A DNA stretch of 30,631 nucleotides, from assembly GCA_035703025.1 (NCBI GenBank), contig DASSYY010000054.1, positions 1-30,631 of the forward strand. Direction: 5' to 3'. Below, one piece after another: positions 11,497 to 20,738 of the stretch (position 1 is its first letter; every line of letters starts with the position of its first letter). Origin of the DNA: Gemmatimonadales bacterium (GTDB lineage Bacteria > Gemmatimonadota > Gemmatimonadetes > Gemmatimonadales > GWC2-71-9). A program made the position numbers and the translations under genes. A model generated the notes under the pieces. It saw nothing but the letters and a program-made list of their open reading frames with translations. It searched no databases and was not told where the DNA came from.

Positions 11497-13091
11497 AACG
11501 CCACGTACTTCGCGGCTTCCTCGTCCACCCGGGTCTCGTCCCACCCCCGCTCCCGCGCCATCAGCTCCGCCACCCGCCGCGCCGCCGACACGCCCCGGTC
11601 CGTCGCCTCGTAATAGAGGTGGATGCGCCGCACCATCACATCCTCGACCGTCTGGGCCATCTCGCGCCGCACCGCGTGCACCACCTCGGCCTCGACCGCC
11701 GGATGGGGCGGCACCAGCCGGCGGAGCAGGCGCCGCTCGCCGGCGCCCAGGTTGTAGATCCCGGCGGCCTCGGTGCCGTAGTGCCGGAGCAGGTGCTCGA
11801 CGCTCTCGGGCGCGACGCCCAGCTCGAGACCGCGCTCGCGGAACTGCGCCAGGTCGGCCGCCTCCCCGCCGGGCAGCGGGTCTTCGTCGGTGCGCGGGCC
11901 GTCGGCCTTCGGCCGCCCGTCCCGGTACCGGAGCTCGCGGGCCGCCCGGTCCACCACCTCGGCCGCCATCGCGCGATAGGTGGTCAGCTTGCCCCCCACC
12001 ACCGTGATCATCCCGCCCGCCCCGTACACGATCGCGTGCTCCCGCGTGCGGCTCGACGCGGCCTTGTGGTCGCGGTCCGCCAGGAGGGGGCGGAGACCGG
12101 CCCAGGACGCCCGCACGTCCTCGACGCTCAGCCGGGCGTTGGGGAAGCGGGCATTGGCCGAGCGCAGCAGGTACACGATGTCGTCGGCGGAGACGGTGAG
12201 CTTGTCCGGCGCCTCCGAGGTATCCGTGTCGGTGGTGCCGATGTAGGAGAGCTCGCCCCACGGCAGGATGAAGAGCACCCGGCCGTCGATCGGGCTGGTG
12301 AACACGATCGCCTCGCGGTGATCGAGCCGGCTCCGCTCCACGACGATGTGGACGCCCTTGGTCGGCTGGAGCAGGGGCGCGGCGCCCGAATCCTCGAGCA
12401 CCCGGACTTTGTCCGCCCAGGGCCCGGTGGCGTTGACGACCACGCTCGCGCGGACGGTGCCGCGGGCCCCGGTGAGCCGGTCTTCGATCTGCGCGCCGAC
12501 CACCCGGCCGGCGGTGCGCTCGAGCGCCCGGACGGCGGTATAGTTCCCGACCAGCGCCCCGTGATGGACCGCCGAACGGACCGTGGCGAGCGTGAGCCGC
12601 GCGTCGTCGCACTGCGCGTCGTAGAACCGGGCGCCGCCCAGGAGTCCGCGCTCCCGCAGCATCGGCTCCGCCTCGAGCAGGGCACGCTTGCCGAGCATGC
12701 GGTGCGTCTTCACATTGCGGAACAGCGCCAGCGCGTCGTAGAGCCACATGCCGGCGGCCAGCCGCCAGAGCGGAATGCGGTCGCCGCGGTGCAGCGGAAA
12801 CACGAACGGCAGGGGCCACACCAGGTGCGGCGCGATGCGGAGCAGAACCCGCCGCTCCCGATTGGCCTCGAGCACCAGCTTGAAGTCGCCGGTCTCGAGG
12901 TAGCGGAGCCCGCCGTGCACGAGCCGGCTCGACCGGGAGCTCGTGCCGGAGCCGAAGTCCTGCTGCTCCACGAGCACCGTGCGCCACCCGCGCATCGCCG
13001 CGTCGCGGGCCACCCCGGCGCCGGTGATGCCGCCCCCGATGACGAGCAGGTCGGCGGGCTCTGCCGTGAGCTGCTCGAGCGTCGCTCGCAC
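11484..13091 (-). CDS. glpD: FAD-dependent glycerol-3-phosphate dehydrogenase/oxidase
   Basis: DLLVIGGGITGAGVARDAAMRG, DFGSGTSSRSSRLVHGGLRYLE, VVNATGPW, KGVHI, IGTTDT, GGKLTTYRAMA. GTG start at 13091 inferred. Confidence 0.92.
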   Translation of the reverse strand: MRATLEQLTAEPADLLVIGGGITGAGVARDAAMRGWRTVLVEQQDFGSGTSSRSSRLVHGGLRYLETGDFKLVLEANRERRVLLRIAPHLVWPLPFVFPLHRGDRIPLWRLAAGMWLYDALALFRNVKTHRMLGKRALLEAEPMLRERGLLGGARFYDAQCDDARLTLATVRSAVHHGALVGNYTAVRALERTAGRVVGAQIEDRLTGARGTVRASVVVNATGPWADKVRVLEDSGAAPLLQPTKGVHIVVERSRLDHREAIVFTSPIDGRVLFILPWGELSYIGTTDTDTSEAPDKLTVSADDIVYLLRSANARFPNARLSVEDVRASWAGLRPLLADRDHKAASSRTREHAIVYGAGGMITVVGGKLTTYRAMAAEVVDRAARELRYRDGRPKADGPRTDEDPLPGGEAADLAQFRERGLELGVAPESVEHLLRHYGTEAAGIYNLGAGERRLLRRLVPPHPAVEAEVVHAVRREMAQTVEDVMVRRIHLYYEATDRGVSAARRVAELMARERGWDETRVDEEAAKYVAFAGG

Positions 13092-13130
13092 CGAGGACCG
13101 ATTGCCGTGAGTCTGCCCCCCGTGGCCCGG

Positions 13131-13652
13131 ATGCCCCGACCCAGCACCTGGTATCTCTGGCACGCTCATCGGATTCGGGCGGGGATGCGGGTGCTCGATC
13201 TGGCCTGCGGCGAGGGGCGCCACAGCCTGGCGGCGGCGAGGCTCGGGGGGCGCGTGACCGGCGTCGACCGGGACGAGGCCCGCCTGGCCACGGCCCGCGA
13301 GCTGGCCGAGGCCGAGGACCTGAGGGTCGACTGGCAGGTCGTCGATCTGGAGGGGCCGTGGCCGGCGCTGGGCGATTTTGATGCGGTTCTGGTCTTCAAT
13401 TATCTTGACCGTGCGCGGATGCCCGAGATCCACAGGCTCGTGGCTCCCGGCGGATTGCTGATGATGGAATCGTTTCTGACCGGCCAGCGCGAGCTCGGCT
13501 GGGGTCCCACCTCGGATGACCACCTGCTGCGCCCGGGCGAGCTGGCCCGGCTCGTGGCGCCGCTCCGGATCCTGCACGGCCGCGAGGTGATCGAGCCGGT
13601 CGATGCCGAGCGCTGGCGTGCGATCGCGAGCGTGGTGGCCTGTCGCGAGTGA
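13131..13652 (+). CDS. Class I SAM-dependent methyltransferase (TehB-like, small)
   Basis: C-terminus of ORF 11475..13652. RVLDLACGEGRHS, VTGVD, FDAVLVFNYLDR, LVAPGGLL, LLRPGEL. The start may be GTG 13107. Confidence 0.85.
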   Translation: MPRPSTWYLWHAHRIRAGMRVLDLACGEGRHSLAAARLGGRVTGVDRDEARLATARELAEAEDLRVDWQVVDLEGPWPALGDFDAVLVFNYLDRARMPEIHRLVAPGGLLMMESFLTGQRELGWGPTSDDHLLRPGELARLVAPLRILHGREVIEPVDAERWRAIASVVACRE

Positions 13653-13705
13653 AAAGTACAGCCACGTCGGCGCAGCCGCTTCTCCCACTTCATCGATAGG
13701 TCGAC

Positions 13706-15001
13706 ATGCACGACTCCCGGCTCGGGCGGCGGGTGGCCATCGTGGCCGGCCTGCGGACGCCGTTCGCCAAGAGCGGCACCGTCCTCCGCGACGTCTCCGC
13801 GACGGCGCTGGCGCGCCACGCCGCGCGGGAGCTGCTCGTCCGGAGCGAGCTCGACGGCCGCGAGATCGACGAGGTGATCTTCGGGCAGGTGGTCCCGTCG
13901 GTGCGGGTGCCCAACGTGGCGCGGGAGGTGAGCCTCCTGCCGCAGCTCCTGCCCAGCGTTCCCGCCTACTCGCTCAACCGGGCCTGTGCCTCCGCCGCCC
14001 AGGCGATCACCAACGCAGCCGACCAGATCGCCCTCGGCCATGCCGACGTCGTGCTGGCCGGCGGCGTCGAATCGCTCTCCGACATTCCGGTGCTCCACTC
14101 GCGGCGCTTCAGCCAGATCCTGGTGGAGGCGGGCAAGGCGAAGAGCGTGGGCGGCCGCCTTGCCGCGCTCGCGCGCACCCGGCCCCGCGATCTGGTACCG
14201 GTTACGCCCGCGGTGGCCGAGCCGTCGACGGGCGAAACCATGGGCCAGTCGGCCGAGAAGATGGCCAAGGAGAACGGGATCACCCGCGAGGCGCAGGACC
14301 GGCTGGCGCTGCAGAGCCACGAGCGCGCCGCGGCCGCCACCGCCGACGGGCGCCTCTCGGCCGAGATCGCGCCCTGGTTCGGCGGCCGCGGCATGGACGA
14401 GATCATCGCGGGCGACAACGGCATCCGCTCGGACACCTCGCTCGAGGCACTGGGGCAGCTCCGCCCGGTGTTCGACCGGCGGTACGGCTCCGTCACCGCC
14501 GGCAACGCCTCGCCGCTCACCGACGGCGCGGCCGCCGTGCTGCTCATGGCCGAGGACAAGGCCATCGCGCTGGGCTACGAGCCGCTGGCGTTCCTCCGGA
14601 GCTACGCGGTGGCCGCGGTGGACCCGGGATGGCAGCTCCTGATGGGGCCGGTCTACGCGGTGCCGCGCGCGCTCGAGCGCGCCGGGATCGCCTGGGGCGA
14701 CCTCGGCCTGGTCGAGATCCACGAGGCGTTCGCCGCTCAGGTGCTCAGCAACGTGCAGGCGTGGGGGTCGCAGGCCTGGGCCGACCGGCTCGGGCTCCCG
14801 GGCCCCGTGGGAGAGGTCGACTGGGAGCGCACCAACGTGATGGGCGGCTCGATCGCGATCGGGCATCCGTTCGGGGCCACGGGGGCCCGGCTCGTGACCA
14901 CGCTCGCGAACGAGATGCGCCGGCGCGACGTACAGTTCGGGCTCATCTCCATCTGCGCGCAGGGCGGGATGGGCTCGGCCCTCGTGCTGGAGCGCGACTG
15001 A
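13706..15001 (+). CDS. fadI: Acetyl-CoA C-acyltransferase (3-ketoacyl-CoA thiolase, FadI type)
   Basis: GLRTPFAK, NRACASA (catalytic Cys), NASPLTDGA, HEAFAAQ, GHPFGATG, CAQGG. Confidence 0.93.
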   Translation: MHDSRLGRRVAIVAGLRTPFAKSGTVLRDVSATALARHAARELLVRSELDGREIDEVIFGQVVPSVRVPNVAREVSLLPQLLPSVPAYSLNRACASAAQAITNAADQIALGHADVVLAGGVESLSDIPVLHSRRFSQILVEAGKAKSVGGRLAALARTRPRDLVPVTPAVAEPSTGETMGQSAEKMAKENGITREAQDRLALQSHERAAAATADGRLSAEIAPWFGGRGMDEIIAGDNGIRSDTSLEALGQLRPVFDRRYGSVTAGNASPLTDGAAAVLLMAEDKAIALGYEPLAFLRSYAVAAVDPGWQLLMGPVYAVPRALERAGIAWGDLGLVEIHEAFAAQVLSNVQAWGSQAWADRLGLPGPVGEVDWERTNVMGGSIAIGHPFGATGARLVTTLANEMRRRDVQFGLISICAQGGMGSALVLERD

Positions 15002-17130
15002 TGTCCGCCCTCGGCACCACCGTCGAGGACGGCATCGCGGTCGTCACGTTCGATCTCCCCGGGGAGCCGGTCAACAAGCTGAGCGACGCGGTCAAGGTCG
15101 AGTTCGAGGCGCTGCTCATTCGGATCCGCGACGACGAGGGCATCCGCGCCGCCGTGCTCATCTCGGGAAAGCCCGACAGCTTCATCGCCGGCGCGGACAT
15201 CGAGGAGTTTACCGCCCTCACCACCGAGAGCGCGGCCGAGCGGCTGAGCTTCGAGGGCCAGGAGATGGTGAACCGGGTCGAGACGCTGGCCAAGCCGGTC
15301 GTCGCGGCCATCCACGGGGCCTGCCTCGGCGGCGGGCTCGAGCTCGCGCTCGCCTGCCACTACCGGGTGGCGACCGATCATCCGAAGACCCAGCTCGGCC
15401 TGCCCGAGGTGCAGCTCGGCCTCATTCCGGGCGCCGGCGGGTGCCAGCGGCTCCCCCGGCTGATCGGGGCGCGGGCGGCGCTGGAGATGATCCTGACCGG
15501 CAAGAGCGAGCGCGGCGCCAAGGCGCTGCGGCTGGGCCTGGTGGACGAGCTGGTGCCGCCGAGCATCCTCCGCGCCACGGCGGTGGCGGCGGCCGGCCGC
15601 CTGGTGCGCGACGGCCTGCCGCGCCGGGCCCCGAAGACCGGCCTGCAGGGCCTGCTGCTCGACCGCACCGCCGCGGGCCGGCGGCTGGTGTACCGGGCCG
15701 CGGAGAAGAAGGTGCTGGCCAAGTCCGGCAGCCATTATCCCGCGCCGCTCCGGGCGCTGGAGGCGGTGCGCATCGGCCTGGAGCAGGGGATCACCGCGGG
15801 GCTCGCGGCGGAGCACCGCGCCTTCGGCGAGCTCGCCGTGGGCGAGGTGTCGCGGAAGCTGGTGCAGGTGTTCTTCGCCACCGCCGCGCTCAAGAAGGAC
15901 GACGGCATTCCGCCGGGGATGGCGGTGCCGCGCCAGATCCGCCGGCTGGGCGTCGTGGGGGCGGGCTTCATGGGCGCCGGGATCGCCGGCACCGCGGTGG
16001 CCAACGTCGAGGTCGACACCCGGCTCAAGGATGCCGACCTGGCTCGCGTCGGGAAGGGCATCAAGGCCGCGACCGGCATCCTGGCGGAGCGGCTCAAGCG
16101 CCGCCGGATCACCCGTCCGCAGTTCGAGCGTCTCAGCGCGATGGTCTCCGGCGGCGACGACTACCGCGGGTTTGCCCGCGCCGACCTCGTGATCGAGGCG
16201 GTCTTCGAGGACCTCGACCTCAAGCGGCGGGTGCTCGCCGAGGTGGAGGCGGCCGTCCGGCCCGAGACCATCTTCGCGAGCAACACCTCGACCATCCCCA
16301 TTCGCGACATCGCGGCCCACGCCATCCGGCCCGAGCGGGTGCTCGGCATGCACTTCTTCTCGCCGGTCGAGAAGATGCCGCTGCTCGAGGTGATCCCGAC
16401 CGACGACACGGCGGCCGAGGCCATCGTGACCGCCGTGCGGTTCGGCCGGCGCATGGGGAAGACCGTCATCGTCGTCGCCGACCATCCCGGCTTCTGGGTG
16501 AACCGCATCCTCTCGCCCTACCTCAACGAGGCGGCCATCCTGATCTCGGAGGGCGTGCCGGTGGAGGTGATCGACCGCACCATGACCCAGTGGGGATTCC
16601 CGGTCGGCCCGGTGGCGCTGCTGGACGAGGTTGGGCTCGACGTGGCGCAGAAGGCTGGCGGCGTCATGCACGCCGCCTTCGGCGACCGGCTTCAGCCGCC
16701 CGAGACTCTCGCGCGGCTTCTGGCCGACGGCCGGCTCGGCCGGAAGAACGGCCGCGGGTTCTACCGCTATCACGACGGCCACAAGGCAGGCGTGGACGAC
16801 ACCATTTATCCGCTGCTCGGCATCCGCCCGGTGGAGGACGCGGACACCGGCGTCGTCGAGCGGCGCCTGGTCCACGCGATGCTCAACGAGGCCGCGATGG
16901 CGCTCGACGAAGGCGCCGTGCGGAGTGCCCGCGACGGCGACGTCGGCGCCCTGTTCGGTATCGGTTTCCCCGCCTTCCGCGGCGGCCCCCTCCGGACGAT
17001 CGACGACCTCACCGCGACGCGGGTCCTGGAGGCGCTGCGCGACCTCGAGGACGTGCATGGGCCGCGGTTTGCCCCCGCCGTGAGCCTGGTCGAGGCGGTC
17101 ACGCACGGCACCCGCTACTACCCTGCCTGA
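15001..17130 (+). CDS. fadJ: Fatty-acid oxidation complex alpha subunit (enoyl-CoA hydratase + 3-hydroxyacyl-CoA dehydrogenase)
   Basis: ATG overlaps the fadI stop (TGATG). FIAGADI, GGGLELALACHYR, LGLPEVQLG, GVVGAGFMGAGIA, VIEAVFED, FASNTSTIPI, GMHFFSPV. Confidence 0.93.
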   Translation: MSALGTTVEDGIAVVTFDLPGEPVNKLSDAVKVEFEALLIRIRDDEGIRAAVLISGKPDSFIAGADIEEFTALTTESAAERLSFEGQEMVNRVETLAKPVVAAIHGACLGGGLELALACHYRVATDHPKTQLGLPEVQLGLIPGAGGCQRLPRLIGARAALEMILTGKSERGAKALRLGLVDELVPPSILRATAVAAAGRLVRDGLPRRAPKTGLQGLLLDRTAAGRRLVYRAAEKKVLAKSGSHYPAPLRALEAVRIGLEQGITAGLAAEHRAFGELAVGEVSRKLVQVFFATAALKKDDGIPPGMAVPRQIRRLGVVGAGFMGAGIAGTAVANVEVDTRLKDADLARVGKGIKAATGILAERLKRRRITRPQFERLSAMVSGGDDYRGFARADLVIEAVFEDLDLKRRVLAEVEAAVRPETIFASNTSTIPIRDIAAHAIRPERVLGMHFFSPVEKMPLLEVIPTDDTAAEAIVTAVRFGRRMGKTVIVVADHPGFWVNRILSPYLNEAAILISEGVPVEVIDRTMTQWGFPVGPVALLDEVGLDVAQKAGGVMHAAFGDRLQPPETLARLLADGRLGRKNGRGFYRYHDGHKAGVDDTIYPLLGIRPVEDADTGVVERRLVHAMLNEAAMALDEGAVRSARDGDVGALFGIGFPAFRGGPLRTIDDLTATRVLEALRDLEDVHGPRFAPAVSLVEAVTHGTRYYPA

Positions 17131-17155
17131 GCCGCGTCGCGGCGGAGCGGGCCGG

Positions 17156-18004
17156 ATGGTCGTGCATCTGCTCGCCGTGCTCGCCGTCGCCTACCTCATC
17201 TTCCTGCTGTTGCTGCGCCTGTCGGAGAGCCGGCTGCTGTACGCACCCGGCTCCGCCCGGACCCTCACGCCTCCGCCCGCCGCACTCGGCCTCGCGCCGG
17301 TGCGCGTCGAAATCGCGGCCGGCGACGGGGTCACGCTGGTCGCGTGGATCATCCGGGCGCCCGGCCCCGACGGCGGAGGGCCCTGGCTGCTCATCTGCCA
17401 CGGCAATGCCGGCAACCTGAGTGAGGCCGGACGCCCGGCGCACTATGCCGGGCTCCGCGCGCTGGGGCTCAACCTGCTCGCGTTCGACTACCGCGGCTAC
17501 GGCGAAAGCGGCGGCGCGCCGACCGAGGCCGGTCTGTACCGCGACGCGGAGGCCGCGTATCGATACTTGCGGGACACCCTGGCGGTGCCGCCCGATCGCA
17601 TCGTCCTGTTCGGCCACTCGCTCGGTTCGACGGTGGCCGTGGAGCTGGCCACGCGGGTGCCGGTCGCCGGGATCATCCTCGAGGGCGCGCTGACGTCGGT
17701 GACCGCGCGGGCTCAGGAGGTATATCCCTACGTGCCGGTGCGCTGGATCGCCCGGAGCCGCTTCGCCTCGCTCGAGAAGATCGGCCGGGTGCCGGCCCCC
17801 AAGCTGTTCCTGCACGCGCGGTGGGACGACGTGGTGCCGATCGCCCATGGCCGCCGGCTCTACGAGGCGGCGCCGCCACCCAAGACGTTCGTGACCCTGG
17901 CCGGCGGCCACGGCGACGCGTTCGAGACCGACTCCGCGGCCTATTTCGGCGCCATTGCCCGGTTCCTGGGCACGCTGCCGACCGCGGGATCGGGCGGTCC
18001 GTAG
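17156..18004 (+). CDS. Alpha/beta hydrolase with N-terminal membrane anchor (BEM46/ABHD12/13/17-like)
   Basis: CHGNAGN, FDYRGYGES, nucleophile motif GHSLG, HARWDDVVP, GGHGDAF (Ser-Asp-His triad). Confidence 0.88.
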   Translation: MVVHLLAVLAVAYLIFLLLLRLSESRLLYAPGSARTLTPPPAALGLAPVRVEIAAGDGVTLVAWIIRAPGPDGGGPWLLICHGNAGNLSEAGRPAHYAGLRALGLNLLAFDYRGYGESGGAPTEAGLYRDAEAAYRYLRDTLAVPPDRIVLFGHSLGSTVAVELATRVPVAGIILEGALTSVTARAQEVYPYVPVRWIARSRFASLEKIGRVPAPKLFLHARWDDVVPIAHGRRLYEAAPPPKTFVTLAGGHGDAFETDSAAYFGAIARFLGTLPTAGSGGP

Positions 18005-18098
18005 GGCGCCCGCCCGCGACTTGTGGATCGGGGACCGTGCGGTTCCCTTCAAGGGATACCACAGGCACCGATGTCCGAGGTCCGAACCCGAGCCGGCC

Positions 18099-20351
18099 GT
18101 GTCCGACATCATCACCCGTCTGCGCAAAGCCCTGGGCGATCGCTACCTGATCGAAGAGGAGATCGGCCGGGGCGGCGCGGCCACGGTGTACCTGGCCGAG
18201 GACGTCAAGCACGCGCGCAAGGTGGCGATCAAGGTGCTGCGGCCGGACCCGCCGGCGGGGTACGAGCCGCAGCGGTTCCTCCGCGAGATCCGGATCGCCG
18301 CCCGCCTGGCCCATCCCCAGATCCTGCCGCTGCACGATTCGGGTGAGTGGAAGGGGCTCCTCTGGTTCGTCATGCCCTATGCCGGCTGCGACACCCTGCG
18401 CGACCGGCTGGAGCGCGACGGGCCGCTGCCGGTCGACGTCGCGCTCCGGATCACCCGGGCCGTCGCCGGTGCGCTGGGGTACGCCCACCGCCTCAACGTG
18501 ATCCACCGCGACATCAAGCCCGAGAACATCCTGCTGCAGGAGGGGGAGCCGGTCATCGCCGACTTCGGCGTGGCCACCGCCGTCTCCGCCGCCGGTGTCG
18601 ACAACGTCTACATCACCGACCACGGCTTCGCCGTCGGCACGCCGGCCTACATGAGCCCCGAGCAGGCCAGCGCGGAGAGCGGTGTCGACGGGCGGACCGA
18701 CCAGTACAGCCTGGCCTGCGTGCTCTACGAGATGCTGGCCGGCGAGCCGCCATTCGCGGGGACCGGGGTGCGGGCCACCATGGCCCGCCACGCGATCGAG
18801 GCGCCGGTCCCGATCCGCACCCGCCGCCCCACGGTTCCCGTCGCGGTGGAGCGCGCGCTCGATCGGGCGCTGGCCAAGTCCCCGGCCGAACGGTTCGCCA
18901 CCATGGCCGACTTCGTGGCCGCGCTCGTGGACCCGACGCTCGACGTCGTCTCGGCGGTCCAGACCGGCGGCGATTCCCGGGCGATCGCCGTGCTGCCGTT
19001 CGTGAACGCGAGTGCCGATCCGGAGAACGAGTACTTCAGCGACGGGATCACCGACGAGCTGATCACCGCGCTCACCAAGGTCGAAGGGCTGCAGGTGGCG
19101 TCGCGCACGTCGGTCTTCGCGCTCAAGGGAGTGCGCGAGGACGTGCGCGCGCTGGGGTCGCGGCTCAATGTGAGTGCGATCCTCGAGGGGTCTGTGCGCC
19201 GGGCCGGCCAGCGGCTTCGGATCACCGCCCAGCTCACCAGCGTGCGGGACGGGCGGACCCTCTGGTCGGAGCGCTACGACCGCGAGCTGGCCGACGTGTT
19301 CGCCATCCAGGACGAGATCGCGCGGACCATCGTCGATACCCTGCGTGCCACGCTGCTCCAGGACCTCGGCGACCCGACGCCGGTGCGGTACCGGGCCAAC
19401 CTCAAGGCCTACCAGCACTACCTCAAGGGGCGCTACATGTGGAACCGGCGCACACCGGCGGCGATCGCCGAGGGGATCCGGTACTTCGAGGCCGCCATCG
19501 CCGAGGACGCCGGCTACGCCCTCGCCTACACCGGCCTCGCCGACTCGTACGCACTGCAGATCGACTATCGCGGCGCCCCGGTGCGCGAAGGGCTCGAGCG
19601 CGCCCGCGCCGAGGCCCAGCGGGCCCTCGCGCTGGACGAGACGCTGGCCGAAGCGCACACCTCGCTCGCCTGGGTCACCTTCATCTACGATTGGGACTGG
19701 CCGCTCGCCGGCCAGCACTTCCGGCGGGCGATCGAGCTCAACCCTCACTACTCGGTCGCCCGGCAGTGGCACAGCTGGTTCCAGATGTCCATGGGGCACA
19801 CGGAGCTGGCACTGGCGGAGGGCCGGCAGGCGATCGCGCTCGACCCCGCGTCGGTCTCGATCCGGCGGAGCCTCGGGTGGCTCTCCTACTACGCCCGGCA
19901 GCCCGAGCAGGCGTTCGAGCAGCTGCGCCGCGCCGTGGCGATGAACCCTACGGCGGAGGAGAACCACCGGCTGCTCGGCCTCACCTATCTGCAAGTGGGA
20001 CAGTGGGACGAGGCGGCCGCGGCGTTCCGCGAGGCCCGGGCGATCTCGGAAAGCCCCGCCCTCGCCGAAGCAGGGCTCGGCGTGGTGGCGGCCGCGCGGG
20101 GCCGGCTCGAGGAGGCCCGTGGCATCCTGGCGGAGCTGGAGGCGCGGCAGCGGCAGGCGTACGTCTCGCCGGTGGCGCTGGTGATGATGTATGCGGCGCT
20201 CGGCGATGCCGACCGGGCGTTCGAGTGGCTCGACCGCGCCTACGAGGAGCGCCGGGGGTGGCTGGTCTACCTCAACGTCGAGCCCATGCTCGACGGGCTC
20301 AGGGCGGACCCGCGGTTCCGGCGGCTGGTGGAGCGGATGCGTCTCGCGTAG
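18099..20351 (+). CDS. Hanks-type Ser/Thr protein kinase with TolB-N-like domain and TPR repeats, about 750 aa
   Basis: GTG start gives MSDIITRLRKALGDRY. GRGGAATV, VAIK, HRDIKPEN, DFG, GTPAYMSPEQ; IAVLPF..ENEYFSDGITDELI; TPR-like helices. Confidence 0.92.
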   Translation: MSDIITRLRKALGDRYLIEEEIGRGGAATVYLAEDVKHARKVAIKVLRPDPPAGYEPQRFLREIRIAARLAHPQILPLHDSGEWKGLLWFVMPYAGCDTLRDRLERDGPLPVDVALRITRAVAGALGYAHRLNVIHRDIKPENILLQEGEPVIADFGVATAVSAAGVDNVYITDHGFAVGTPAYMSPEQASAESGVDGRTDQYSLACVLYEMLAGEPPFAGTGVRATMARHAIEAPVPIRTRRPTVPVAVERALDRALAKSPAERFATMADFVAALVDPTLDVVSAVQTGGDSRAIAVLPFVNASADPENEYFSDGITDELITALTKVEGLQVASRTSVFALKGVREDVRALGSRLNVSAILEGSVRRAGQRLRITAQLTSVRDGRTLWSERYDRELADVFAIQDEIARTIVDTLRATLLQDLGDPTPVRYRANLKAYQHYLKGRYMWNRRTPAAIAEGIRYFEAAIAEDAGYALAYTGLADSYALQIDYRGAPVREGLERARAEAQRALALDETLAEAHTSLAWVTFIYDWDWPLAGQHFRRAIELNPHYSVARQWHSWFQMSMGHTELALAEGRQAIALDPASVSIRRSLGWLSYYARQPEQAFEQLRRAVAMNPTAEENHRLLGLTYLQVGQWDEAAAAFREARAISESPALAEAGLGVVAAARGRLEEARGILAELEARQRQAYVSPVALVMMYAALGDADRAFEWLDRAYEERRGWLVYLNVEPMLDGLRADPRFRRLVERMRLA

Positions 20352-20372
20352 CCGCCGCTGCGCCCGGGCGTG

Positions 20373-20378
20373 TAGGTT
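20373..20378 (+). promoter_or_regulatory. Candidate -10 (TAGGTT) 5 nt before the ytxJ ATG, possible leaderless transcript
   Basis: TANNNT at leaderless spacing; no SD before ATG 20384. Confidence 0.35.
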
Positions 20379-20383
20379 GCGAC

Positions 20384-20731
20384 ATGCACCAGATCGTCAC
20401 CGACGCCGACCTCGATTCGCTCCTCGCCGCCCCGCTCGCCGTGCTCTACAAGCACAGTCCGATCTGCCCCGCGAGCGATGCGGCGTACGATGAGATGCGC
20501 GCCTTCCGGCGCATGCGCGCCGTGCCCGTCTATGTGGTGGATGTCATCCAGCACCGCCCGCTGTCCCGGGCGCTCGCCGAGCGAATCGGCGTGCGCCACG
20601 CATCGCCCCAGGCGATCATCCTGCGGGACGGGGTGGTCGCCTGGCATCGCTCGCACTATGAGATCGAGGCCGGCGCCATGACGCGGGTGGTGGATCACCT
20701 GACCGGTGGCGAGGGGGCGCCGGCCGGGTAG
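20384..20731 (+). CDS. ytxJ: YtxJ/BrxC-like monothiol thioredoxin-fold protein (DUF2847)
   Basis: C-terminus of ORF 18347..20731. YKHSPICPAS, DVIQHRPLSRALAERIGVRHASPQAII match the YtxJ pattern KHSxxCPxS...HxSPQ. Confidence 0.82.
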   Translation: MHQIVTDADLDSLLAAPLAVLYKHSPICPASDAAYDEMRAFRRMRAVPVYVVDVIQHRPLSRALAERIGVRHASPQAIILRDGVVAWHRSHYEIEAGAMTRVVDHLTGGEGAPAG

Positions 20732-20738
20732 GGCGGGG

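Noticed and set aside
18022-18098. Imperfect hairpin and out-of-frame ATG (18071) upstream of the kinase GTG, as a possible uORF/attenuator or frameshift
   Set aside because: The stems are weak for this GC content, and the GTG start already gives a typical kinase N-terminus.
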